Part shown: positions 11,167 to 24,606 of the stretch, one piece after another | Position numbering within the stretch: the first letter of the stretch is position 1 | Layout: every line of letters begins with the position of its first letter | Source: Vitrella brassicaformis CCMP3155 | Taxonomy: Eukaryota > Protista > Chromerida | Length of the DNA: 64,000 nucleotides | Direction of reading: 5' to 3' | Assembly (NCBI GenBank): GCA_001179505.1 | Contig: CDMY01000442.1 | Span: 1-64,000, forward strand | The notes under the pieces: model-generated | Databases searched by the model: none | Seen by the model: only the letters and a program-made list of their open reading frames with translations | What the model was told of the DNA's origin: nothing | Made by a program: the position numbers and the translations under genes

Positions 11167-14100
11167 ATGGAGTCGTACTCTGTCGGCTTCACGATATTCG
11201 ACGCCAGAGGCCTTGTCACACCCTCAGGAGGCCCAGTCGACCCCGTAGGGCAAAGAAAGACGGACGCTCACAGGGCTGATTGATTCATTGATTCTGTCTG
11301 AGTGTGTGCAGTTGGTGGTGGTGCGCTGCTGCGGTCAGGAGTACCGCACCGACATCAAGCGATCCAAGCAGGAAATCGTCGTGTGGAACGAAAGCAAAAT
11401 ATGGTCAAACCTCCAAATGGTACGTGTCTGTGTCTGTGTCTGTGTGTGAATGAATGCTCACCATCTCATCTCTATGTGCCGTGTGTGTGTGTCATGGGTG
11501 TGTGTGTGTGCGTGTGTGTCAGTATCCCGATCAGTTCTCGTCTGCCTTCATCGAGTTTGAGGTGCAGGCGCGAAACGCCTTTTGGCGCAACGACGTCATC
11601 GGCAAATGCTCACTGCAACTCGAGATGATCAGGAGGTACACAACACACGCAGGGACAGACATGACACAGACGGCCACAAGTGAATGCATTCGTGTGTGTG
11701 TGCGTGTGTGCTGTGTTGGTTGGGTGCTCAGGCGTAAGACTCACCAGTACACCAAGAAGTGGCTGACTCTGTACGGCGAGAACCAGACGGGCGGCATGGG
11801 CATCATCAAAATCACCGTATTTGCCGTCGGACCTGGTAGGTCGCATCGCATACCCAGCAAACTTATCCTTATTCCTCCCTTATATATTGTGAATCGCTTG
11901 ATCGATCATTCAATGGGTTAGGTGACCAGCCCCCTAGTCCCGACGACGACATGGCGGACGCGCAGGACGAGGAGGGTGAAAGGGAAGACCTCGAGGACCT
12001 ACACAAGGCCGTCCTCGGTAAGAACGCTGTAGTCAGTCGATATAGTGCCCTCTTCGCATGTCCTACATGACATGTGTGTGTACTAAATCGGTGGCAATGG
12101 CAGGTGGGGCCGAGGGCACGGCAGGGGTGACGGGCAAGCCGCACCACCTGTACGTGTCGATCCACAAGGTGGAGCACCTGCCCAAGCAGTGGTGGGGCGG
12201 ACCTAACCCATACGTCACCTGCGGCTTCGGCGGGTCGCTACTCAAGTCCTCCGTCGCAAGGAACACCACCTCACACACATTCAACGAAGTAAACAGACAC
12301 CACACCAACGAGCGCATCGCATACGTGAGGTGAGTGGTGTGTTGGTTCGGTCCATGGCATGTGTCGATTAGATGTTTCGCCTGCCGGTGGTGACGCCCGT
12401 GTTTGAGGACTCGGTCGTCGTGCAGTTGTGGTCGGAGAGCCTGATGGGGCCGGACGAGCTGCTGGCGCAGGGGAGACTCTCCTTCTCTGAACTCAGGTAC
12501 ACCCACAACCACATCCAGTAACTAGTGGAAATGCCGCCATGCGTGTCTGTCTGTCTGTATGCGCAGGAATCACGCGATGCAGCCGCGCTACTTCAACTTC
12601 TACGGTTTCGACAAGGAGGAGATCCCCGACATCGGCCCCATCATCGCCACGGGGGCGGTGCTGCAGCCCAACTGCTTTCAGGGCAGGATGCTCATCAGTG
12701 CTCGCGTGGAGAGGCTCGAGAGCGAGGAGGACCTGCAGGATGCCATGGTGCTGTCCGCCAAGACCCACGAGGAGCCCCACCAGATATCGCTGGCACTGCT
12801 CGGTGACGTCTATGAGGTGCAGAGGGAGGGAGTGAGGGAGGGAGGGAGGGAGGGAGGGAGGGAAGACACTGGTTCCATCAACGAATATGTGCGTGTGTGT
12901 GTGTAGGCGACGGGCATTAGCGGCCGTGAGTGTCAGGTGGTGATCCAGTGCGGCAGGGAAGAGAGATGCACTCCCGGATGGGCACAGCTCGACTATGTAA
13001 GTAGCCACACACAGCACAGCCACCCAGCCCCCCCAGCACACACCAGACATAGCCTAGCCAGACGCCCACTTGTGTATGTATGTGTGTGACCTTCCACAAC
13101 GCCTGCAGGAGAAGAAGCAGCGTCGTGGTGGCGAGGAGGGGTGTCCCTTCACCTTCACTCGTCAGCAGGGCCGCATCTCGCAGCTCAACGTCATGTGCTG
13201 CGAGGACGACAACCAGGCATACGACGTCGTCGTGTCCGTATACACACGCGGAGTCATCTCGGGTACATACGACGCAGGACGTAGTAGAAGTGCAACACCC
13301 ATTCACCCATTCTTCCTGTGTGTGTGTGGGTGTGTGTGTGTGTGTGGACGATGTCAGCCAGGAAGCGAGTGGGTTTCGTCCGCATGCCTTTGCGCAAGGT
13401 GCCGCCACTCGACGAGGGACACCCACGAGTGCCCACGTGAGACGAACCATCCGGCCGTCCCCTCCACTCCACCAGCTATGCATTTCCTCTTGTGTGTCCA
13501 TCCCTCCCATCCACGTGTGCAGTTGGTTCACCTTGACCCCGATGCCGAGTGTGGGTGAGGCGCCCCCCGAGAAGCCTGGTGCGGTGCTCATGACGCTCGA
13601 GAGGGCCGAGAAAGAAGACGTCGTCAGACCCACCAGGAAGAACGTCATCGCTTCGGTACGCATCCGTGCAAGGCAGGCAGGTGTGTGCATTTCTGTATGT
13701 GTCTGTGTATGTGTGTGTTTGTGTGTCAGGACTATGAGTTGCGGTGCTACATCTACATGGCGCGGCAGCTCAAACCGCCCTCACAGGAGAACCCTTACCC
13801 AATGGTCGGTTCGTCTGCCTGTCCATCTTGCAGAAGCCCCATCCCCCCCACACACACATACACATGTCTCTCTCTCTCTCTCTCTCTCGCATGTGCTGGT
13901 GTCGTGTCGTACGTGTGCATCCATCAGCTGGAGGTGTCTTGTGCGGGTGTGAGTGCCGAGACGGCGGCCAAGAGCGGCACCACCAGCCCCCACTGGATGG
14001 AAGCCCTCAAGCTGGACGTCAAGCTCATGACGCCCACACCAACCAAACCACCCACAATGGAGCCAATCACACTCGCCGTCTACGACAAGACGCTCTTCAG

Positions 14101-17100
14101 GAAAGCGCTCGTCGGCAAGGCCATCGTCAACTTCGGCAGGTGGGTGGGGGCGTGGGTGTCGGTGTGGGTGTGGGTGATGGGGTGTGAATCGAATCGGTGT
14201 GTGTGGTGTGCTGGTTGGGTGACCGACAGGATGCGCCAGAAGGATGTGTTGGGTCAGTGGGACAAGTTCCAGCTGTCGCCCCAGTGGATCAAGCTCAAGG
14301 GCGGGCCACACGCCTCCAAACACGTGGGCGACGTCATGGTCGCCTTCGAACTGCTCAGGTAGGTACACACCTTCTGGTGGCTCAGCCTGCTCACCAGCAG
14401 GCAGGGGCCCGTGTTTGTCGATCGGCTTTATCGGTGGGTCGGTTGGTTCCAATGGATGGATGGATGAATGGATGCAGGAAGAAGCACGTGGAGGAGCTGC
14501 CGATGCAGGACATGGCACCACGACTCAAGGAGGTCAACCTCAACCTCTCCATACTCGGACTCAGGTGGGCGCGGTGCGGCTGACAGCCAACCAGCCAGCC
14601 ATATCCCTAATGTGTGTGTCGGGTCGTGTTGTGCAGGGACCTGGTGGCTCCTGCCGTCGCCGGCATCCTGCCAACGCCCGTCGCGTACCCATACATAGAG
14701 GTCTCAGGTGCGTACGTACCTACGTCAGCCAGCATAGCATACACGCCTGCAGGCACTGCACTGCACACTCTCGTGGATGGATGGATGGATGAATGTGTGT
14801 GCACGGCAGTAAGTTCGTTCACGGCGACGGCGAGCACCCATCTGCTGGACATCCCCTACACACCCAAACCTGACCCCAACAACAGAGACCCCATCATGCA
14901 GAACAAGTAAGTAACCACAACAACAACACCACCACCCTCACCCCACTTGTGCAGTGCATGGTCGTCATTCATTGATTCATTCCATGCAGGTGCTGGACGT
15001 CCAAGGCCGGCACGTCATTCGACTTCCTCTCTGCGAAGCGTGTGCCGGTGCTGCTGCCGGTGCGGCCCGTGTGGGACCCCATGCTGCACATCAAGGTGTT
15101 CGACAAAGGGCTCATCGGCCTGCAGGCCACCTACATCGGGGAGACCTCCATCCAGCTGGCGCCTTACTTGCCGTGGGTCGACGATCCCGAGGAGGCCTAC
15201 CTAGCCGTGGAGGGACAGGAGGACTACCAGGGGGTGGGCATGCACACCCACGCACCTTTCTGCTGGCAATGTAGAGGGAAAATGGCGTTGTGTGTGTGTG
15301 ATTGTGTGTTTGTTAGGACCGCACTTTGGAAGACGTCGACGGCAAGATGGACGTGAGCACCCGGCGGGGGTCCATGTACAGACCAGAGAACATCCAAAAG
15401 CTGCAGGTACGGCAGGGAGGGAGGCAGGGAGGCACCGAGGGAGGGAGGGAGGGAGGGAGGGAGGGACCAAACCATCCATCCATCCATCCATCGATTGATT
15501 GATATGCGACCGACCAACGCGCCACTACCCACTGTGACCGTGTGTGTCCTTTGGTTGATTGACGTGCAGGGTGGCCAGGCGGAGTGGCGTGTGGGCAAGA
15601 AGGGCGTGCAGATTTCCGAGGTCATGATAGCAGAGGAGGAGGACGAGCTCTCCACCTATCAGAAGAAAATAAGGGACTTCAGGAACCAAATCCGGGAATC
15701 CCAAACGCAGGACATGGTGCCAACGGTAAGCACCTACTGCTTGCTCGTCCTGATGGATGGATGGATGGATATGTACCTGTCTGTGTTCATTCATCAGGAC
15801 GAGGCGCCCTCCCGCCCCCTCCTCCTCTCATCAGGCATCCCCGCCTGCCTCCATGACTACTACAGGGTCTGCAACACAACACAACACAACACAACACACC
15901 GCACCACAATCCACCCGCGCCGCGCCCCATGTCATGTGTCTGGCGGTATGTATGTATGGTGTGGTCAGAGTCGGCCCGCGCCCACCATCCGCACGCGTGA
16001 GCTGTCGCTGAACGTGCAGATCCCGTCCAAGTTTGTCATTCTCAAGGAGGGCCAGGCGGGGAGGGCCAAGGCGACCCAGGACAAGGCGAGAAGGCCGCGG
16101 GTCGAGGGCGGCCTGGAGGGGATGCTGGACGACTTGCACTGGCGCGCCATGCCGCTGACGAGGGGAGGCAACAAGGAACAAGTGTTCGGATACTTCAAGG
16201 CAAGCAGGGAGGCACAGCTAGCTGCACAGGGAGAGGGCCGCATTCATTTAGACGACACACGCGTGAATGAGTGGGCGATATGCGATGTGTGCAGGGTGTG
16301 ATACTGCTGGAGCATGGCGGCAGGCGGTCCATCATGGTCGAAAAGACCAAGAAAGACCTCCTCGAGTAAGTCAGTGAGTGAGTGAGGGAGCAAGGAGCGA
16401 CGGCTGAAAGCAATGGGCCGCACCACACGACACACTTCATGCCATGCCGATGTGGCTGTGGCTGTGGCTGTGGCTGTGGCTGCCTGTCTGTATGCGTCTG
16501 TGCGTCAGCTACGCATTCGAGGCGTCCACTCTGCGCGAGTACTTCAAGGTCACCACCAACTCACCCAACACAACACACAATACCACCCACCATGCCACTG
16601 TGTGAGTCTGCCTGTCTGTCTGCATGGTCAGGACAAGAGTCGTTTGCCGAGCCGCGTGCGGCTGCGCATCTATGTGGTGCGGGGCATCGCCGTGCAGGCG
16701 CAGTACGGACCTTACCTCGAGTTCACCGCCGGCACACACGTGGTCAACCTCAGAAGCTTCAAGAAGTCACAACTCCTGCAGCCGGAGTTCTGGAGGACAG
16801 AAGAGGTATGTAAATGCATTCAATTCACCGCATAGACACACAATGGACAGAAGGGATGGATGCTCTGCTGCTGTGCTGTGCTGTGCGCACACTGTTGTGT
16901 GGATCGATCTACATAGATGGATTTGGACTTGCCGGACAAGGGTCGCCTGGAGGTGTCGTTGAAGGACTACCACGACCTGGGGGACACGCTCATCGGCAGC
17001 ACCGTCATCGACCTGGAGGACAGGTGGTTCTCGCGCCAGTGGCGGGACCTCATGTACAAGGGCGCCATACCCACCGAATTCAGAAATCTCACCGAATCCG

Positions 17101-17471
17101 TCACAAGGTGGGTGAGGCGGATTCCACGTCGTGTGAATGTCTGTGTGTGTGTGTGTGTGTGCCTGTCGATGCAGCCAGAGGTCTAAGGGTGTCGTGGAGA
17201 TGTGGATCGAAATGTGTGAAACATCAAGGTGGGTGCAATCAACAGAATCGACACACCAGCCAGTAGGTGTGTGAGTCTTGTGCTGCCTGGCTGGATGTTG
17301 GTTGGTTGGCTGCAGGGTGTCGGAGTTCCCCCCAACTGAGCTTGAGCCGCCCAAGCCGACAGAGGTGGAGGTGCGCATCGTGCTGTGGGGCACGCGCAAC
17401 GTCAAGCTCGTCGACGGCGACCATGTGGACGTCTGCATTCAGTGCATCCTCGACTGCGCACAATACCAGGT

Positions 17472-17502
<31 letters not shown>

Positions 17503-18493
17503 GGAGGAAGAGAGAGAGGTCTCGGTGGATGGATGGTGTCTGTGGATTACCAGGGTCGATATCCAGTGTTCCAGGAGACCGACACGCATCTGAACTCCAA
17601 GGACGGCAAGGGCGTCTTCAACTGGCGCGTCGTGTACCCCAGAATCGTCGTCCCTGTCGAAGCGTGTGTCGTGCAGGTCAGGACTGGCCTGACCTGGCAG
17701 ACACACATCAGTTCGCATCACTCAAACATGCGGAGGGCATCTCGTGTGTGTGTGTGTGTGATAGGTGAAGGTGCTGGACGACAACCAGATCACCGAGAAG
17801 CAGTTCATCGGAGAGGCAAGCAGCATGCGGCCACAGCCCACCACCCCCCCACATGCGTGTGTGTGTCTTGGTTCTCAGGTGAATTTGGATCTGAAAAAGT
17901 ATGTCGAGCACGTCGAGAGGAACCTCGAAACCCTCACTTTCGACGCCGAACTCAAAATATCCAACCGGTAAGCACAGCACAGCACGCCACAACACACACT
18001 GGTGGTCGCTGATGCGTGTGTTGTGCATACGTGCCGGTTGGGTGTGTGCAGTGCTGAGGGCGAAGAGGACATCGGCACGGTCATCCTCTCAATGGACATC
18101 ATGACACAACCTGAAGCAGACGCAAGGAAGGTAGCTGGATGGATGGATGGATGGATTTCACGCAAGCAAGAGGGGGCACGCCACACTGACTCATCTGTGC
18201 GTGTAGGTTGGCATTCGTCGCGACGAGCCCAACCGCGACCCGCAGCTCATCACGCCAACAGAGGGCCGCGAATGGGGAGACCTCCTGGGTATGGCGACGA
18301 GACACATGCTCACCAGGCTGACAGCTCCGCTGCTTGTGGATCGATCCGGTGTGTGTGTGTGTGTGTGTGTGCAGGTTCTGTGGGTCTGACGTTCAATTTT
18401 GACTTGTTTGGGAGCCGCCTCAAGTGGATTGCTGGCGGGGCCATCCTGCTGCTCATCGTAATCATACTGCTGTACCTGGCCTTCAAACCCTGA
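11167..18493 (+). CDS. Ferlin-family multi-C2, tail-anchored membrane-fusion protein (apicomplexan FER1/FER2 type), about 30 introns
   Basis: Successive C2 domains: MESYSVGFTIFDARGL; HLYVSIHKVEHLP..PNPYV; YELRCYIYMARQL; RLRIYVVRGIA; EVRIVLWGTRNV...DTHLNSKDGKGVFNWR. A single C-terminal TM helix WIAGGAILLLIVIILLYLAFKP* ends the protein. Paralogue assignment needs phylogeny. Confidence 0.93.
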
Positions 18494-19115
18494 TGGATCC
18501 ATCCATCCATCCACACGTCGGTCCGTCCGGCCAGAGGGCACGCCGACACATGCACTCCATGTCTCACACACATACGCAGCAATGCGTCCCTGACCTCTCT
18601 CTCTCTCTGTCTCTCTCTCTCTCGTCTCCTTGCTCGAGCTGAGTTTGATCAGCGAGGTGTTTGGTTTGCTGCTCTGCTTGCTTGCTCGCTTGTCCGTTGC
18701 ATGCATGGCATGCATTCGTGAATGGATGGACGAGTGCATTCTCGCCGGCAGGTACATGTAGCTAGCTGCCCTCCCAGTAGAGGCAAGCGTGTAGCTAGTA
18801 CACACCCACCCTACCCACCCACCCATCCTTGCTGTGATGTATTCTTGGCTCGCAGGTCATTTCGTGGCGTGTTTATGTGCGTGCCTGTATGTATGGTGTT
18901 GGTTCTGTGCTGTCTGTGAAGCGAATTCGTTCGAGCTAGCGTGGATTTGATGATGGTCGGACCGAAATCGTCGAGCTCATGTCTTGACTTGACCAGTCAG
19001 TCCGACATCGCAATCGATGTTCAGATCACCAAAGATCGAGTGAAGACACACATCAAACACAAGTACACGCGTGGCGCGGAAAGAGCTGTGACGTCACATG
19101 ACAGAAGCCAGTCGA

Positions 19116-20511
19116 TCACTCGAGTGACTCCCTAGCATTGTGGAAATCGGTATCCAGCTCTTCCTCGGCGTTGTTGTAGCACCAGTCGTCCTCCAACACA
19201 TGCGCCAAGGCCTCGGCCTCAGCATTGTCACCTCCCGACCTGAGCACAACACACAACACATCGACACGACCAAACCTTGGGCGGTACGTTCTCGTCTGTC
19301 TGTCTGTCTGTCTCTTCGTACGTGAGTGCTTTCAGGGCTTTCACAACGTCCCAGGTCTTGATGCCGGCGACCAGGGCGACGTAGCTCATGAAAGCAGTCC
19401 CTGGCAGCATCGCCACTGTCAAAAGACTGTAGCCGATGGTGAAGCCGAGGCCAGCGAAGTGGACCGACCACGCCAGGGCTGCACATTTGCGTGCATCCTC
19501 GTCAGTGAGTGTAAGACGGCCCTTGAGAAATAGAACCAGGCTGCGAGTACGCGCACACCAACACATACATACACGCATACCGTCGAAAGGCCGTGTCTCT
19601 CCTGAGTTACGCATCGGTTATGGTGCTGTATTCTGTCAGCGAGGCCCTCTGCTTCCAGGCCGCGCTGCCGGCATAAAGGACGCCGCCAATGCCGGAAAAG
19701 AGCGGGTTGGCTGAGAGGTACCCCAGCATCGAAAGGTGCTTGACAGATGAGTCGGCTGCCTTCAGCAATGCGTCCTCATCACACGTTGCCCTGTCACGCG
19801 CACACCTATAACCTGACGATTAAGACAGAGAAGTACACACGATACGACATACATGCATTCGTGCTTACCTAAGTAGCACTCGACAGGCCGCTCTGACACA
19901 GACACACACACACACACACACTGGGCATTGTCCATCCATCCATCCCTCCCTCCCTCCATTGCCGCCTACCTGGTGGGCATAGCTGTGTCTTGTCGACTTT
20001 TAGGCACACGAGCTGGGCCTGTTCCTGCATGATGCTTTTCAGGCGGCTCACACCTATAATCACGTTGTACAAAAACAAATGAAGCGGGCTCTCGGCGGCA
20101 TCGGGCAGATTGTCGATAAGGGCCTGCATCTGAACAAGACAGAGAAGAAAAACCAACAAGCTGCATGCGCCGTACTATTGTCATCTCCTGTGTCTCCTCA
20201 CTTACCCATTGTGGTCGGAATTTGCAAACGACGAGCAAGGCGGGCCTCAAGTTGACTAAGTCATTACCCCTGCATGACAGAGGGATGAATGGGGTAATGA
20301 TCATTCGAATGCCTCGGGGTGAGGGCACTCACACGTAAACCTTCAGTTCTTTCCAGATGGCTCTGTCCTTTTTAATGGCCTTACACACGTCGGACTCCAC
20401 CTTGGCAAGCTGAATCCCCCGGCGGATGGCGCGGGGGTGTGCTGCACCAGAGGCAAGGACACGGCTCATGGTCAGCAGAAGGATGCCGAACGTGGAAGGG
20501 CAAAGCCTCAT
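19116..20511 (-). CDS. Putative secreted Cys-rich protein, tandem paralogue A
   Basis: Signal-peptide-like start MRLCPSTFGILLLTMSRVLA. Seven exons splice in frame and include LLVVCKFRPQW, VCLK...CPPERPVECYLGYRCARDRATC, the hydrophobic segment AALAWSVHFAGLGFTIGYSLLTVAMLPGTAFMSYVALVAG and an acidic tail. Confidence 0.75.
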
Positions 20512-20800
20512 TCTCGCGCGGGCGTCTCAGACGGAAGGGGGGGGGGGCGAATTGATGTGCCCCCACCCGCATGCGCATGCATGGACGTCAGCGCGCTACG
20601 GTGTGTCGGTGTCTCATCGCCAAATGGACACAGAACTCTGTGTGTCAACGAGAGTGTCTGTTACACATACGTTAACTCATAGCGCAACGGCAGGCAGAGT
20701 CTGTCGGTCTCTCATGAAACGAACTGCGTCGACGAGTGTCTGTTACGCATCGCGAGTAGAAAAAGAAAGGGAAACTCCACGCAAGTCACCAGGAGATCTG

Positions 20801-22328
20801 TCACTCTTTGGGCAGGGTCTCGAATGTATCGTACCAGCAGCGCTCGTCTCGGAATACCACCTCGAACAGTGTCTCTGCCTCGGGGTCATCCGATGGACCG
20901 CTGCAGACGGTGGATGCAAGGCAAAAGAGGCAGATGAGACATGTGCGCGTTTCTTGGGATGACTAACAGATAAGTGATGCAGCTCACCTGAAGACGTGAT
21001 CGAGTATACTCTTCAGATCGATGGCCTTTGAGCCGGCCATCATGCCAACGGTAAAAATGCTGGAAGAGGGGAGAGAGGGAAGGATTCTCACGCAGGACAC
21101 ACGACACAGCTGCACTGTTACCTGGGGACTAGCGTCAGGAACAATGCATTGTAGCCTGTACGAGAACACACGAAGACACAGGAGGAGACATAGCCGAAAG
21201 TCATGCAGAACGATTAGACTATGGAGTACCAAGTTCGAGGCCCATTCGGCTGAACTCGACGGCCCATTCCAGCGCGACAAAATGGCGGGCGTCTTCCTCG
21301 CTGAAGCCATGACGCTGCTCAAGAAAGTGGACGACACTGCACAGATCAGAAAAGAGCACATGAATGAGAGCCGACGCATGATTAACACTTTTGCCTTCAA
21401 CGCACCCGTCAGTGCGGAGGGAGAACTCGGAGAAAGCAGCTCGCTTCTTGAAGATGGAAGTAGCACTACTGACCACAGTGCCGATGCCCGAAGGCAAAGG
21501 ATTCTGGAACAGATATCCGAGAGTCGTCAAGACCGAGCGTGAGGAGTTGGCGACTTTGAGGATGCCATCCTCAATGCACGCCGTCCTGTCGGTAGCACAA
21601 CGATATCCTGACGAGACAACACACAATGCAGGTGACCGAGAGGGCACAAGGATGCAGTAACGCCAAAGTGAGGACCGAGGGTGCACTCTAAAGGAAACTC
21701 TGGAGAGAATACGACAGCATGCCGTCATTACAACAAAGCAGTGCAGCTCTGACTGTTACCGGGTGGGCACGAGTCCATTTCCTGGCTCTTAACGCAGACG
21801 TCTCTTTGCTCCTTCTCCATCTCTTTCCTCAGCCTTTCCACAGCAGCCGACAGATTCTCGATGAACATTTTGGTGGCCTCTGACGGATGGTGCGGCAGCT
21901 TCTCTGCCACAGACTCTACCTGCACAGACAGGACAGGTCGATGACAGTATTCACCCAAATGGCAGCTGTGTTGCCTGGCTGGCCGATCATACGCACCCAG
22001 TCCGGCTTCCACTTGCACACGGCGAGCAGCCCTGCACACATCCACCCCAGTCGGAGAGACAGACAGCAGACACGCATCATTTGCAGAGGAAGCCACCCAC
22101 ACCATCATGTACGCAAATCGGCTGACCGGGACGGATGGCGTCAGAGAAGCCAGGAATGGTGATATTGAGGCCCTGGGCATAGTGGTGGAGGGACGAGGCA
22201 GCGCCGCTATGCAATGCAGCACAGATGTCGATGGATGCATGTGCATGTGAGCTTCGCAAGCTGAATCGTAAGGCCAGATGAGGTGGAAGGGACACGAGGA
22301 CAACGGAAAGAAGAAAGCAGAGCTTCAT
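20801..22328 (-). CDS. Putative secreted Cys-rich protein, tandem paralogue B
   Basis: Signal-peptide-like start MKLCFLLSVVLVSLPPHLA. In-frame exons give LLAVCKWKPDW, VCVK...CPPEFPLECTLGYRCATDRTAC and GLELGYNALFLTLVPSIFTVGMMAG...RCWYDTFETLPKE*. Collinear with paralogue A. Confidence 0.75.
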
Positions 22329-22490
22329 TATGATAGTCGATCGGCGGCGCGTCTCTGCCCCCCACAGCCACCCCCAGTCTCCCCTCTTCAAGGTGGGCAC
22401 AGTGAGGTAGCCGTTCTTCTTTGGAGCCTCTAGCGAGCGGCATTTCGTGACGCTTCCCATCCCCGGGCCGTCCGCGGTCACGGTGCCGCC

Positions 22491-24265
22491 ATGGGTTGCG
22501 GTGCGTCAGGAATGGAGAAAAAGGTGTGTGTGGGCATGACCGACACTGCGTGCTCTGTTATCGCATCGGGCGCCATCGTCGTGTTCTGGTGCTCTCACCA
22601 TTCTGCAGCTGGTCTTCAGCAAGAACGAGTTGATGAGGTTGGCGGCGCCTGAGACGCATTGTGAGCTTATGAGGCACCAGCCCCCGCTCGTGTGTGTGTG
22701 AATGGATGGATATTTGTGCCTTCTTCAGTCACGCTTGAGGAGGTTCAAGTCATCTACCGAGGTAACAAACGCTGACAAACGGATCCGGACGGACATCTCT
22801 CTCTCGTGTCTTGATGCCCGTTGCCTCTCCTTTGCTCATGATGAATTAAGAGTTCAGACGGCAGGCAGGTCACCGAAAGCCCATGATAGGCGGGCTCAAC
22901 CCGGTGCAGTTCCTCAATCTCTTTGACCTGGCCAACGCCGTCTCGTACACGTTTGCGGAGCGGTTCATCTACCTCTTCTGGCGGCATCGCACTCAGGGGG
23001 TCATCGACATCGGCTTCGAGGAGTTCATACGCGTGTTCTCCGTCTGGACGAGAGGTGGGCAGGGAGGGCCACTGTGCCTCTCTAGGGGTTTCTTGATGTG
23101 ATTGATGGGCGTATTGTTGTGTGTTGTGTGTGGTGTGTGGTGTGGCAGGGTCGCCGTCGGAGAGGCTTGGGTGTAAGGAAACGAAGGCAAACAGAGGGAG
23201 GGAGAGGGATGGGTGTGGGCAAGGTTCTGCTCTTTTCTCTGGTCTGGCTGGCTGACTGGTTGGCTTGTGTTGGTTTAGTGGTATTTCGCTTGTACGACAA
23301 GCATGAGAAGGGGTATTTGCTAAAGCAAGACATTATCGACTTCCTCCAGTCACTCTTCGAGGGCTACCAACAGGTCAGCCTAGCATACCACACAAACACA
23401 CAGACACAGACACAGACACACACATGACAGTGACACGCACTGCACTCATGGGGATGTGTCTGTGTGCATGTGTGTGTGTGCATCTATATGGTTCTCCTCA
23501 GTCGAACATTTTGACGTACGAGAAGACTTCACCGGAGTTCAAGGCACAGTAAGCACACAGACCACAAGAAGGACGGCCACTCACCGACCCTGTTGACCCC
23601 CTCTCAGAGTTGAGTTGCAGGCATACGACCGCGAGACACTGGCAAGGTGATTGAACATACTTCTTCTATGTCTCGTCCGCCCCGCCATGTTGGCCATGTG
23701 TGGATGCATCAGGGAGAGCCACCTGCTTTTTGATCGCATAGCCACGGACGCCATCAGGGCCTTCCACACACGCGACGATGCTGAGCTGCTCTGGGTGGAC
23801 GGTCAGCCTGCACAAGACACCACAAGACAGAACACGCCTATCTGTGTGTGTCTCTGTGTTTGCGGCCATTATACAGAGTTCCATGCATGGCTGGTCAACC
23901 AGCCTGGGATTCTGCACTTCCTCTGCATCCCCAACGATGTCAACCACTGGCTGGACGGCGGGGAGCGGCCAAAACCCAAACCTGTCCCACAGATGGGCGT
24001 GTACTACGGCTTCACCAGACTGCCCTCGCTCCGCAAACCGCCACCAGCAAACATGTCTCAAAACGTACGTGTGTGTGTGTGTGTGTGTGTGTGGTTGTGG
24101 TTGAGAGAGGGGAGGAGGGAGGAGGGAGGTGTGCGATGTGTACCTCTCTTTCACATGTATGCATGTGTGTGTGCTGATTGATATGATCAGGGAGGCGGAA
24201 AGAGGCCGGCGCCCATTGCGGATGGTAGCTCTGGCACACCCAGCAGGACACACTCGGAGATATGA
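22491..24265 (+). CDS. N-acylated EF-hand protein of the NCS/calcineurin-B-like fold
   Basis: MGCGAS (myristoylation Gly2, palmitoylation candidate Cys3); ETHFTLEEVQVIYREF; GFEEFIRVFSVWTRGSPSERLGLVFRLYDKHEKGYLLKQDIIDFL, matching the NCS/CBL 'RG...EKL..AF.LYD...G.I' signature. Confidence 0.8.
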
Positions 24266-24606
24266 TGGATCAGAGAGATAGGGAGCGGGAGCATCGTGTG
24301 TGTCGATGCACTTGTACACGAGACGGACACGCATTCACTCACTCACTGACACACAGATAGATAGATAGATGGATGGATGGACTGCCCCACACCATTCATG
24401 TCACAGATAGGATAGAGGGATGCACTCATCCAGGTAGTCAGTCACATGCACACGATACATGGATGGGCGGACACTCGCTGCATGCTTTCCTCTGAATGCG
24501 ATAAACCATTGGTCTGTCTGGTATGCCGTGTCTTATTGATTGCGCATTCGTCGGTCTGCCGGCCATCATGCCTCCTCTGGGCTGGGTAGGTATGCTATCG
24601 TTGCTC

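Noticed and set aside
19116-19127. 12-bp palindrome TCACTCGAGTGA over the stop codon of paralogue A
   Set aside because: A single short palindrome, within chance expectation for 64 kb.
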